Assembly: GCA_027624175.1 (NCBI GenBank)
Contig: JAQBXT010000001.1
Coordinates: forward strand, 32,842-96,841
Direction of reading: 5' to 3'
Length of the DNA stretch: 64,000 nt
Source: Pseudomonadota bacterium
Lineage (GTDB): Bacteria > Pseudomonadota > Gammaproteobacteria > Burkholderiales > SG8-39
Shown: positions 43,285 to 52,492 of the stretch, in pieces
How positions within the stretch are numbered: position 1 is the stretch's first letter
How the letters are laid out: every line of letters starts with the position of its first letter
The notes under the pieces: model-generated
What the model was told of the DNA's origin: nothing
Database searches by the model: none
Seen by the model: only the letters and a program-made list of their open reading frames with translations
Made by a program: the position numbers and the translations under genes

Positions 43285-44742
43285 ATGCTGAAGACCGGAG
43301 CCGAGCACCTGCAGTCGCTGCGCGATGGGCGCGTGGTGTACATCGGCGGCGAGAAGGTGGACGACGTCACCACCCATCCGGCGTTCCGCAACGCCGCGCG
43401 CTCGATGGCGGCGATCTACGACCTGAAGGCGGCAGACCCGGCGTACAGCTTCGAGGAGAAGGGCGAGCGCTACAGCGCCTACTTTCTGCGCGCGAAGTCC
43501 AAGGAGGACCTGGCCAAGCGCATGAAGCTGCACCGCGCCATCGCCGACCTGAGCCACGGTCTGCTCGGGCGCTCGCCCGACCACGTGTCGAGCTTCGTCA
43601 CCGGCATGGCGATGAATCCGATGGTGTTCGGCAAGTACGCCGACAACCTCACGCGCTACTACGAGCACATGCGGAAAGAAGACGTCTACGGCGTGTACGC
43701 GGTGATTCCGCCGCAGGCGGCGCGCAACCCGGAGTTCTACGTGCGGCAGAACATCCCCATCCCGACGCTCAGGGTGGTGCGCGAGGACGACGACGGCGTG
43801 GTGATTTCGGGCATGAAAATGCTCGCCACCGGGGCGGTGTTCGCCAACGAAATCTGGATCGGCAACCTGATCCCGCTGGCGCCCAACCAGCTGCCCGAGT
43901 CGATCACCTGCGCCGTCGCCGTGAACGCGCCGGGCGTCACGCTGTGGTCGAGGAAACCGTTCGAGTTGCACGCGCAGAACGAGTTCGACAATCCACTCGC
44001 CTGGCGCTTCGACGAGTCGGATTCGATGGTGATGTGCGAGAACGTCAAGGTGCCCTGGAAGCGCGTGTTCGTGCACAACGACGCGGTGCTCGCGCGCGAC
44101 ATCTACATCAAGACGCCGGGGCACTGCTACGGCAACCACCAGTCGAACGTGCGCTTCCACTCGAAGATGCAGCTGATCGTCGGCCTGGCGAGCAAGATCG
44201 CGCAGGCCTCGGGCGCGCACGAGGTGCCGGCGGTGCGCGAGGTGCTGGGGCGCTTCTCGGCGCTGGAAGCGGCGCTCGGCGGCATGATCGCCGGGCAGAT
44301 CCAGGACGCGGAGGACTGGCCCAAGGGCTTCAAGACTTTCAACCGGCGCTACATGTACGCCGCGCTCAACTGGTGCACCGAAAGCCATTCGCAGATCATC
44401 GACGCGCTGCGCGAGCTTTGCGGCGGCGGAATTTTCCAGATGCCCGCCGACATCACCGTGATGCACGACCCGAAGCTGAAGCAGCAGTTCGAGACCTACT
44501 GGCAGACGCCGCAGTTGCCGGCGCTAGAGCGCATGAAGCTCTACAAGCTCGCCTGGGACCTGATCGGCTCGGAATTCGCCGGGCGTCACCTGCAGTACGA
44601 GAAATTCTACGCCGGGGCCTCCTTCATCGTGCGCAACCACAATTTCCGCGAAGCGCCCTGGGACCACTACCACAAGGTGGTCGAGGACCTGATGGCGAGC
44701 TACGGCGTGCCGGAGGCGAAAGGCACGCGCAAGGTGGCCTGA
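43285..44742 (+). CDS. 4-hydroxyphenylacetate 3-hydroxylase family flavin monooxygenase, oxygenase component
   Basis: SLRDGRVVY, DVTTHPAF, GRSPD, RFDESD, EFAGRHLQYE. Confidence 0.9.
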   Translation: MLKTGAEHLQSLRDGRVVYIGGEKVDDVTTHPAFRNAARSMAAIYDLKAADPAYSFEEKGERYSAYFLRAKSKEDLAKRMKLHRAIADLSHGLLGRSPDHVSSFVTGMAMNPMVFGKYADNLTRYYEHMRKEDVYGVYAVIPPQAARNPEFYVRQNIPIPTLRVVREDDDGVVISGMKMLATGAVFANEIWIGNLIPLAPNQLPESITCAVAVNAPGVTLWSRKPFELHAQNEFDNPLAWRFDESDSMVMCENVKVPWKRVFVHNDAVLARDIYIKTPGHCYGNHQSNVRFHSKMQLIVGLASKIAQASGAHEVPAVREVLGRFSALEAALGGMIAGQIQDAEDWPKGFKTFNRRYMYAALNWCTESHSQIIDALRELCGGGIFQMPADITVMHDPKLKQQFETYWQTPQLPALERMKLYKLAWDLIGSEFAGRHLQYEKFYAGASFIVRNHNFREAPWDHYHKVVEDLMASYGVPEAKGTRKVA

Positions 44743-46142
44743 GGCAGGCTGAGGATTGCCTCCAGCCCGCCCTGCGGCCGGTTTTTCAGCTCGAGATCCC
44801 CGCCGTGCGCGCGGGCGATGTTGCGTGCGATCCCCAGGCCGAGGCCGGTGCCGCCGGTCTCGCGGCTGCGCGAGGACTCGCCCCTGAAGAACGGCTCGAA
44901 CGCGCGCTCGAATTCCTTCTCGGGCATGCCCGGGCCTTCATCCAGCACGCGGATCGTGATTTGCTCCGGCGCCTCCTCGGCCCTGAGCGTCGCGCGCTTG
45001 CCGTAGCGGATCGCGTTGTCGAGGAGGTTCGTGAGGCAGCGGCGCAGCGAAAGAGGCCTGCCGTTGAACGGCTGCGCGATGCGGCCTTCGATCTCGACCG
45101 CGTTGCCCGTGTCCTGGTAATCCCGCTGCAGGCTTTCCAGCAGGGCCATGAGGTCCACGCGCTGCACGGGTTCGGCGGCGCTCGCGTCGCGCATGAAGTC
45201 CAGCGTCTGCGTGACCATCGATTCCATCTCCTCGAGGTCTTTCGAGAACTTGGCGCGCAGCGCGTCGTCGTCCAGCATTTCCGTGCGCAGCCGCAGCCGC
45301 GTGATGGGCGTCTTCAGGTCGTGCGACATGGCCGTGAGAATTCGGGTGCGGTCGGCGATGAAGCGCTGCAGGCGCTGCTGCATGGTGTTGAACGCGCGTG
45401 CGGCGCGCCGCGCTTCGAGAGGCCCCGTCTCGGGCAGGGGCGGGCGGTGGATGTCCTCGCCCAGCCTTTCCGCGGCGGTGGCGAGCGCCGAGAGCGGCCC
45501 GGTCACCCAGCGCACGGCCACGAGCGACAGCGCGACGACGGTGCCGAGGAGCACCAGCAGCGTCAGGCCGAAGCGCAGCGGCATCTCCGCGGCTTCCGGA
45601 GAAACGAGGGAGTCGAAGGTCACCAGTGCCCCGTCGCGCAGCGCGACCTGCACCACGAAGAACACGCCCTCCGCATGCATCGGCTGCATGCCGGGGCCAG
45701 GGCCGGGGCGTTGCATCATCGGCATGTGCGGCGGCCCCGGCCGCTCGAGCTGCGCGTAGCGTTCCGGCGCGTGTGTCGCGCGCACGGCTTGCACGCGTGG
45801 GCCTTCGCCCAGGGCGTAGCGCAGGACGGTCGTGAACATGGCGAGCCGGAAGTCGCCCTCCGGCGGCGCGCCCTCGGGCGCGAGTGCCGGCCGCTCGAGC
45901 GATATGGCGAGCGGCGGCGCGTCGAACACCGCGACGATCCGGCGGCGCTCCTCGGGTGAGACAGAATCGAGCAGCTTGCTGACATCCGCGATGCGCTGCG
46001 CCGTCTGCATGCCGCTCGCCCGGTAGAGCAGTTGGTCGCGCTCGCTCAGGTTGAGGTAGGCGGTGACCAGCTGCGCGAGCACCAATCCGCACAGCAGGAT
46101 CAGGACCAGTCGCCCGAACAGGCTGCGCGGCAGCAGGCGCAC
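44700..46142 (-). CDS. EnvZ-like sensor histidine kinase
   Basis: Two TM helices, HAMP, SHDLKTPIT, NLLDNA, DEGPG, GTGLGL. Confidence 0.93.
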   Translation of the reverse strand: MRLLPRSLFGRLVLILLCGLVLAQLVTAYLNLSERDQLLYRASGMQTAQRIADVSKLLDSVSPEERRRIVAVFDAPPLAISLERPALAPEGAPPEGDFRLAMFTTVLRYALGEGPRVQAVRATHAPERYAQLERPGPPHMPMMQRPGPGPGMQPMHAEGVFFVVQVALRDGALVTFDSLVSPEAAEMPLRFGLTLLVLLGTVVALSLVAVRWVTGPLSALATAAERLGEDIHRPPLPETGPLEARRAARAFNTMQQRLQRFIADRTRILTAMSHDLKTPITRLRLRTEMLDDDALRAKFSKDLEEMESMVTQTLDFMRDASAAEPVQRVDLMALLESLQRDYQDTGNAVEIEGRIAQPFNGRPLSLRRCLTNLLDNAIRYGKRATLRAEEAPEQITIRVLDEGPGMPEKEFERAFEPFFRGESSRSRETGGTGLGLGIARNIARAHGGDLELKNRPQGGLEAILSLPQATLRVPFASGTP

Positions 46143-46864
46143 TAGCGCTCCACTTCGATGGGCACGGCGAGCACGTAGCCTTCGCCGCGCACGGTCTTGA
46201 TGATCTTCGGATCGGCCGGGTCGTCGCCCAGGCGGTGCCGCAGCCGGCTCACCTGGTTGTCGATCGAACGGTCGAACGGCTCGGCTTCGCGGCCATGCAT
46301 GAACATCATCAGCTGGTCGCGGCTCAGTACGTGGTTGGGACGCTCGAGGAAGATGCGCAGCAGGCGGTATTCCGCGCCGCTCAGCGACGTGACGACACCC
46401 TCGGGCGAAAGCAGGTGCCGCGCGACGGTATCCAGGCGCCACCCGGCGAACACGAAGGCGCGTGCGTCTTCGGCGCGCAGGTTGCGCGGCAGGCTGCGAT
46501 AGCGCCGCAATACGCTCTTGATGCGGGCGAGCAACTCCCTGGCGCTGAACGGCTTGGCGAGATAGTCGTCCGCGCCGATCTCCAACCCGACAATGCGGTC
46601 GGTTTCCTCGCCCCGTGCCGTCAGCATGATCACCGGAGTATCCGAATTGGCGCGCAGCTTGCGGCACAGTTCGAGGCCGTCCTCCCCGGGCAGCATCAGG
46701 TCGAGCACGATGAGATCGACCTTGCCGCGCGCGAGCGCCGTCCACATGCCCTTGCCGTCGGCGACCACGGTGGCCTTGCAGCCGTTCTTCTCCAGATACT
46801 CGCCGAGCAGGTTGCGGATCTCGGCGTCATCGTCGACGACGAGGATGTGATCGATGCTTTCCAT
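46142..46864 (-). CDS. OmpR family response regulator
   Basis: VVDDD, DLMLPGEDG, GADDY, RSIDNQVSRLR, TVRGEGY. Confidence 0.95.
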   Translation of the reverse strand: MESIDHILVVDDDAEIRNLLGEYLEKNGCKATVVADGKGMWTALARGKVDLIVLDLMLPGEDGLELCRKLRANSDTPVIMLTARGEETDRIVGLEIGADDYLAKPFSARELLARIKSVLRRYRSLPRNLRAEDARAFVFAGWRLDTVARHLLSPEGVVTSLSGAEYRLLRIFLERPNHVLSRDQLMMFMHGREAEPFDRSIDNQVSRLRHRLGDDPADPKIIKTVRGEGYVLAVPIEVER

Positions 46865-47041
46865 GGGCACTTCTATAGTCGCCGCCGCGGCCGTTGTGGA
46901 ACGGATTTGTAGCGTACTGTAACCGGCTCCGATCCTGATACGCGGGCGTACAAAAACGAGACGCGGCGCTTACACCGGGGTGGCGTAATGGGAACCGCAA
47001 TGAGAGCAGGTTTCCATACTTCACTTAACGGAGATTCGATC

Positions 47042-47683
47042 ATGAGAAAAACCACCAAAATCGCATTGGCTGTCGGGGCGGCATTGTCGCTCGGACTGGC
47101 AGCCGCGGAATTGACCGCGCACCCCTCCGACGGAGGTTACGGCATGGGCCCCGGCGCCGGCATGGGGTACGGCATGCAAGGTTACGGCATGCACGGCTAT
47201 GGCATGGGCCCCGGCGCCGGCATGGGTTACGGCATGCACGGTGGCGGCATGGGCTTCGGCGCCGGCATGGGTTACGGCATGCACGGTGGCGGCATGGGCT
47301 TCGGCGCCGGTCCCGAGGCGACGGAGAACCGCCTTGCGGATCTGAAGTCGCAACTGGGCATCACCGCCCAACAGGAGACTGCGTGGCAGGCATTCGTGAA
47401 CAGCGCAAAGCAGCGGGAGAAAAGCAGGCAGTCGTGGTTCGACAAGATGCACGAAGCGCGCACTGCCGGTTCGCTGCCGGAACGGCTGGCGCAGCACGAC
47501 GAGGTCTTCAAGCAGCATCAGGCCGAAAGACAGGCAGCGACTGCGGCCCTGAAGGATCTCTATACCGCGCTCTCGCCGGAGCAGAGGACGGTTGCGGATG
47601 AGACTTTCGGCGGGTTCGGTCCCAGATACGGTGCGGGATATGGCCGGGGAAACGGCGGCGGGCCCGGCGGACGTTTTCGCTAG
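47042..47683 (+). CDS. Periplasmic Spy/CpxP (LTXXQ) family protein with Gly/Met/His-rich repeats
   Basis: Signal peptide, GMG repeats, ITAQQ and LSPEQ motifs. Confidence 0.85.
   Translation: MRKTTKIALAVGAALSLGLAAAELTAHPSDGGYGMGPGAGMGYGMQGYGMHGYGMGPGAGMGYGMHGGGMGFGAGMGYGMHGGGMGFGAGPEATENRLADLKSQLGITAQQETAWQAFVNSAKQREKSRQSWFDKMHEARTAGSLPERLAQHDEVFKQHQAERQAATAALKDLYTALSPEQRTVADETFGGFGPRYGAGYGRGNGGGPGGRFR
47213..47310 (+). repeat. Perfect 45-bp coding tandem repeat (GAGMGYGMHGGGMGF twice)
   Basis: 47213-47257 is identical to 47258-47302, followed by a partial third unit. Confidence 0.9.
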
Positions 47684-47694
47684 CAAGCCAACGC

Positions 47695-47725
47695 GCGGGG
47701 CGGCGAAGCAGCCGCCCCGCATTTT
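47695..47725 (+). terminator. Hairpin, weak intrinsic terminator after the Spy-like gene
   Basis: GCGGGGCGGC-GAAGCA-GCCGCCCCGC-ATTTT. Confidence 0.55.
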
Positions 47726-47737
47726 AAGGAGAAAGAC

Positions 47738-48001
47738 ATGATGTGGGGATTCGACGGATTTGGATTCGGAGGAGGCGGAATGGGGGTCGGCATGCTGTTG
47801 ATCTGGGGACTAGTCATTGCCGCCATCGTGGTGCTGGTGCGTGGATTCGGCGCCAGGCCCGGGAACAGCGACACCCGGGTGCGTGACAGCACGCCGCTCG
47901 ACATTCTCCGTGAGCGCTATGCCAGGAGCGAGATCGACAAGAACGCGTTCGGGCAGATGCGAAGCGACATCTCAGCAGGCCGGATGGATGAGCGTGGATA
48001 A
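47738..48001 (+). CDS. SHOCT domain membrane protein
   Basis: RBS AAGGAG, one TM helix, PLDILRERYARSEID. Confidence 0.85.
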   Translation: MMWGFDGFGFGGGGMGVGMLLIWGLVIAAIVVLVRGFGARPGNSDTRVRDSTPLDILRERYARSEIDKNAFGQMRSDISAGRMDERG

Positions 48002-48003
48002 GC

Positions 48004-48137
48004 AACGCAGGAATTTCGAACTCGTGGCGCAGCCGGATGAAGTGCAGGTGCTGTCGGGGGGCGGACGCGTTGCAGCCGGTTGCCGACAGTTACTCGGGTC
48101 CGATCCTGAAGTTCAACAAGGGGCAGGAGTTGCGTGA
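48004..48137 (+). pseudogene. Probable multicopper oxidase N-terminal remnant
   Basis: FELVAQPDEVQVLSG in one frame, then DSYSGPILKFNKGQELR in another; metal-stress context. Confidence 0.45.
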
Positions 48138-48145
48138 GGATCGCG

Positions 48146-49015
48146 CTAGGCGAGCGCCGCGCCGCACTTCGAGCAGAAGCGAGCGCCGGCCGTCGCCTGG
48201 CTGCCGCACTTGCTGCAGAAATCCCCGCCCGCCCTGGCACCGACACTTGGGCGCGCCCGCCGGCGCCACCAAGAAAAATAGACCACGCCCGAACCCGCCA
48301 GCAGCAGCACGGCGGCGCCCAGGACCAGGTAGAGCCGGGAATAATCTGTCATTTCGTTCGCCGGGGCCGCCTGCGGGTCCGGCGTGGGCGCGTTCAGCTT
48401 GAGTATCTCCACCGAGGTTCGCGGGTCGGTCTTCGTGTACCGGATCTCGATGGACTGCGGCGTTCCCTGCTTGATCGGACCGAGCAGTGCCGAGCGATAG
48501 CGCAATCCGTCGGGTGCGGCGGCACTGTCGCCCAGGGCCGGTTGCACCGACAAGTTGCTCGCGCCCGCAGGTTCCTGGACCACCACTGCCAGCGAGTTCA
48601 CCGGCAGATCGCCCGGCCAGAGATACTTGTAGCTGCGCTCGTCCGTGCCGGTGGTGAACCGATCGTAGAACTCCACGTGGAAGAAACGCTCCGGGACGGT
48701 GAACCGCAGCGTGATGAATCCGGCCGCCTCAGATCGGTCGTGTCGCAGATTCAACAGCGGCCCCGTGTTCTGCGTTGCATAGGCCACCGCCGTTGGGCCG
48801 CCGGAGGAAGCAGGGATGCGCAGCGATACGGTAGCGGGCAGGCCTGCGCTGGCGAGTTCACCCTTCAGGATCACCAGCGCCGCCGGGCGGTCGTAGTCCG
48901 GCCAGATCGCGATCTGCATGCTCTGCAGAGGCGTGCCGCCCTGCGTCCCGGCGCCGCCCTGGGCGGCGGCGACCGCGGGCAAGAGCAATACGGCCAGAAT
49001 CAGCTTTGACAGCAC
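48146..49015 (-). CDS. Secreted domain, TM helix and cytoplasmic double zinc-ribbon protein
   Basis: Signal peptide, IWPDYDRP, TM, FCSKCG...FCSKCG. Confidence 0.75.
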   Translation of the reverse strand: MLSKLILAVLLLPAVAAAQGGAGTQGGTPLQSMQIAIWPDYDRPAALVILKGELASAGLPATVSLRIPASSGGPTAVAYATQNTGPLLNLRHDRSEAAGFITLRFTVPERFFHVEFYDRFTTGTDERSYKYLWPGDLPVNSLAVVVQEPAGASNLSVQPALGDSAAAPDGLRYRSALLGPIKQGTPQSIEIRYTKTDPRTSVEILKLNAPTPDPQAAPANEMTDYSRLYLVLGAAVLLLAGSGVVYFSWWRRRARPSVGARAGGDFCSKCGSQATAGARFCSKCGAALA

Positions 49016-49024
49016 CGCAGCGCC

Positions 49025-49474
49025 TCAGTGCTGTTCGAATACCCGGTGGCCGCGCCCGTCGAACGCGATCGTCGCGTAGGGCTGGGCCGGTCCCTGCTCC
49101 ATGCCGGGGGAACCGATCACCATCCCCGGCACCGCAAGGCCCTTCACCTTGGTCCCCTCTCGCAGCAGCCGCTTGATGTCCGCCGCAGGGACATGGCCTT
49201 CGATCGCGTAACCGCCCACGATCGCGGTGTGGCAGGACGACAGTTCACCGGGAACCCCATACCGGCGCTTGATCGGGGTCACGTCGTCCATGTCGTGCGT
49301 CTCGACGCGAAAACCGCTCGCGCGCATGTGTTTTACCCAGTCGCCGCAGCAGCCGCAGGTCGGACTCTTGTACACGGTCACCACCGGCAGCGCCTGTTGT
49401 GCGTGCGCCGCGGGCAACATGCCCAGCGCCAGCACCGCGCCTGCCGCAAGAACGAAGCCGCGTCTCCTGTTCAT
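49025..49474 (-). CDS. DUF411 / CopG-like periplasmic metal-binding protein
   Basis: KSPTCGCCGDW, SCHTA, EGHVPA, AVPGM..GSPGME. Confidence 0.92.
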   Translation of the reverse strand: MNRRRGFVLAAGAVLALGMLPAAHAQQALPVVTVYKSPTCGCCGDWVKHMRASGFRVETHDMDDVTPIKRRYGVPGELSSCHTAIVGGYAIEGHVPAADIKRLLREGTKVKGLAVPGMVIGSPGMEQGPAQPYATIAFDGRGHRVFEQH

Positions 49475-49538
49475 GAGCCGTTCCCTATGGTGGTTGATCA
49501 AGCCAGCGGTAAGTATCCCACCGGCGGCGACGCGTGCT

Positions 49539-49552
49539 TTGATCAGGATCAA
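49539..49552. promoter_or_regulatory. FNR/ANR box
   Basis: TTGAT-CAGG-ATCAA, a perfect consensus 58 bp upstream of hemG. Confidence 0.8.
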
Positions 49553-49610
49553 TTGGACCTGCAGGGGCCGGTGCAAGGCTTGTCGCGGCGTAACGCACCC
49601 TCCAGGCACC

Positions 49611-50138
49611 ATGAGCAGAATTCTGTTTCTGTATTCGACGATCGACGGGCACACCCTGAAGATCTGCCAGCGGCTGCAGCAGCTCGTCGAGCGTTCAGGG
49701 CACGCGGTGACGCTGGCTGCCCTCCAGGACCGGCTCGACATCGAGCTCGAGCTTTTCGACAAGATCGTCATCGGCGCGAGCATCCGCTATGGCAAGCACC
49801 GCCCCCAGGTCGCGGCATTCATGCGCGCGCAGCGCCGTGCCCTCGAAGCGAAGCCGAGCGCCTTCTTCTCGGTCAACATCGTGGCCCGCAAGCCGAACAA
49901 GAACACGCCGGAAACAAACCCCTACGTCAGGAAATTCCTGCGACAGATCGGCTGGCGTCCGCGGCAGGTCGCCGTGTTCGCGGGCATGCTGGACTATCCG
50001 AAATACGGTTTCTGGGACCGGCAGGTCATCCGCTTCATCATGTTCCTGACCCGGGGGCCGACCGATCCGCGCAGCGTGGTCGAGTTCACGGACTGGAAGC
50101 AGGTCGAGGCCTTCGCGCAGCGGATCGGCGCGATGTGG
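49611..50138 (+). CDS. hemG: Menaquinone-dependent protoporphyrinogen IX dehydrogenase HemG (expected stop is TGG; the ORF reads on to 50993)
   Basis: YSTIDGHTLKI, GASIRYG, FFSVNIVARKP.K.TPETNPY, EFTDW. Confidence 0.88.
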
Positions 50139-50156
50139 GCTGGCGCGCGATCGGCG

Positions 50157-51284
50157 CTACGCCCTGCACCAATCGGCGATGATCTTTTCGTAGATGGCGA
50201 CCGACTGGCGGATGCGCTCCATGCTGCAGTACTCGTCGGTCTGGTGCGCCATCTGCGGTTCGCCCGGCCCCAGTACCACGGTGGGCACGTCGCCGTAGAC
50301 CTTGCGCAGGTTGGCCGCGTCGGTCATGTACGTTGCCGTGCGCACCTCGGGCGCCGCGGCCAGGAATGGCGTGCAGATCTCGAATACACGCTGCATCCAT
50401 TCGGCATCGGGCGCAGTCCAGACCGCGGGCAGGTCCGAGAAAGTGTCGACCTGCACATCCTCGCCCATCACCGCGCGCAGGCGGACAAGCAGCGCCGCGT
50501 GGTCCATGCTGGGCAGGGTGCGGATGTCAACGCCGATGCGGGCGGCATCCGGTACCAGGTTGACGCCCGAGCCTCCCTCGAAGGTTCCGACACTGAGCGT
50601 CGCCGCGCCCATCACCGGGTGCGGCGCCTGCGCGAAGTCGAAGGATTCGAGTTTGCCCACGGCGCGCGCCGCCTTGTAGATCGCGTTCTCGCCGAGCTCG
50701 GGCATCGAACCGTGCGCCGATACGCCGCGAAAACCGGCGTGGAACTTGAGCGATCCCTTGTGGCCGACGTAAGGGTGGTTGGAGGTCGGTTCGCCGACCA
50801 CGATGGCGCCGGCCTTGCCCATCAGTTGCGGCAGCTCGGCGAGGTGGCGCGAGCCGATGCAGCCGTTCTCCTCGGAGGCCGTGAGCACGAGCACGACACC
50901 CGGTGTGCCCTGGAGCTTGTCGGAGAAACTGCGCGCCGCGAGCAGGATCGCCGCCACGCCCGCTTTCATGTCGGACGAGCCGCGCCCGTATAACCGGTCG
51001 CCGTCGGTCTCGCCCGCGAACGGGTCGTGCGACCAGGCCCGTGACCCGAGCGGGACGACATCGAGGTGCCCGGTGAGGCACAGCGGCGCCTTGGCGCCGC
51101 TGCCGCCCGCGCGCGCGATTACGCTCGTACGTCCGGGCTCGAAGTCATGGAACTCGACCTTGAATCCCCAGTCTGCGAGCAGTTTGGCGGCGTGCCGGGC
51201 GCAATCGGCTTCCTGTCCGGGGGGATTGACCGTGTCGTAGTGCAGAAGAGACTTGGTCAGTGCGACGGCGTCTTGGAGTGCCAT
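50157..51284 (-). CDS. M20 family metallopeptidase (ArgE/DapE-like)
   Basis: TGHLDVVP, GRGSSDMK, SEE, GEPT, AHQTDE. Confidence 0.92.
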   Translation of the reverse strand: MALQDAVALTKSLLHYDTVNPPGQEADCARHAAKLLADWGFKVEFHDFEPGRTSVIARAGGSGAKAPLCLTGHLDVVPLGSRAWSHDPFAGETDGDRLYGRGSSDMKAGVAAILLAARSFSDKLQGTPGVVLVLTASEENGCIGSRHLAELPQLMGKAGAIVVGEPTSNHPYVGHKGSLKFHAGFRGVSAHGSMPELGENAIYKAARAVGKLESFDFAQAPHPVMGAATLSVGTFEGGSGVNLVPDAARIGVDIRTLPSMDHAALLVRLRAVMGEDVQVDTFSDLPAVWTAPDAEWMQRVFEICTPFLAAAPEVRTATYMTDAANLRKVYGDVPTVVLGPGEPQMAHQTDEYCSMERIRQSVAIYEKIIADWCRA

Positions 51285-51327
51285 GCCGGGATGATAGTCG
51301 CTTATGATAACCGTCACCCGCGGGTTA

Positions 51328-51513
51328 CTAAACGCTCCCCAGGGCCGCCACCCAGTCCACGGCCCAGGCGACGCCATACGCGAACGCAAGCGCAGCTATA
51401 AATATGCTGATGCTGCGCGTCATCCCCTTGGGAATGTCGTTGTCGTCGGCCCAGCGCTTGATGAAATAGTGGGCGACGAAGAACGCGATGGTGGAGATGA
51501 CGAGGCTGAGCAT
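51328..51513 (-). CDS. Small two-TM hypothetical membrane protein
   Basis: STIAFFVA...IPKGMTR...hydrophobic second helix. Confidence 0.6.
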   Translation of the reverse strand: MLSLVISTIAFFVAHYFIKRWADDNDIPKGMTRSISIFIAALAFAYGVAWAVDWVAALGSV

Positions 51514-51654
51514 CGGGCCGGTAGTTTAATCGGCCTCTGATCTGATCCGCCGAGCGGCGTACCGCCACGACACCGAGGCCCGGACGACGTGGCCGGGCAT
51601 GTATGATGCCCAAGAGCGGACATGCGCTTGCCCACCGTCACCGCGGACTAAGGA

Positions 51655-52473
51655 ATGATGGGGCCGCTACTAACTCAAAAAGTACACGCAACGCTGCACG
51701 CGGCCGCGCGCGCCGGCGCGCCCACGCTCGAGTGCTCGCTGGACCTCGATCTTTCGAGGACCACCGTCGAGGTGGGCGCTGCAGGATGGATGTGGAATGG
51801 CCAGCGATTCCCCTATCTGGAAACCTGCAAGGAACGAACCGTTTACCACTGGGCCGACGGGGCATTTCAGCCCGTGTCGCGTTTCTCCACGTCGCTGATC
51901 AAGTTGGTGCCCACGGAGTGGGGACCGCCGACGTTCGAAATCAACGGCATCAAGATGCTGCCCACGGCGCATGGCTCGCCCTATGCGGACGCCGAGCGCA
52001 AAGTCGGCCTGATTCAACCGCGCGGCAAGGTGATTCTGGATACCTGCGGCGGCCTGGGCTATTTCGCCGCCTGGTGCCTGCAGGGTCAGGCGAGGCAGGT
52101 ACTGTCTTACGAGAAGAACGCCGACGTGATCTGGCTGCGCAGTCTCAATCCCTGGTCGCCCGCGATTGGCGGCGGATTGACGTTAACCCTGGGCGACATT
52201 GCCGAGCAGATCGTCACGCTGCCCGGCGCATCGGTCGACGCAATTTTGCACGATCCGCCGCGTTTCGGCACCGCCGGCGAACTTTATTCGCAGGTGTTTT
52301 ACGACCAGCTGGCCCGGGTGCTCAAGCGCAGGGGCCGGCTGTTTCACTACACGGGCGCACCGAACAAACTGACCAGCGGGCGCGACGTGCCGAACGAAGT
52401 GGTGAAGCGCCTGTGCAACGCCGGGTTTGTCGCGGAGTTGAAAGGCGACGGGGTATTGGCAGTGAAGAAGTGA
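51655..52473 (+). CDS. Class I SAM-dependent methyltransferase (COG2521, archaeal-type)
   Basis: PPTFEINGIKM, LDTCGGLGY, HDPPRF, LFHYTG. Confidence 0.82.
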   Translation: MMGPLLTQKVHATLHAAARAGAPTLECSLDLDLSRTTVEVGAAGWMWNGQRFPYLETCKERTVYHWADGAFQPVSRFSTSLIKLVPTEWGPPTFEINGIKMLPTAHGSPYADAERKVGLIQPRGKVILDTCGGLGYFAAWCLQGQARQVLSYEKNADVIWLRSLNPWSPAIGGGLTLTLGDIAEQIVTLPGASVDAILHDPPRFGTAGELYSQVFYDQLARVLKRRGRLFHYTGAPNKLTSGRDVPNEVVKRLCNAGFVAELKGDGVLAVKK

Positions 52474-52492
52474 GCGTCGCGAGCCCGGCGCC

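Noticed and set aside
51514-51654. Intergenic stretch with coding-like composition and a short hairpin (GGGCAT...ATGCCC)
   Set aside because: No recognisable protein or RNA family; too weak to call
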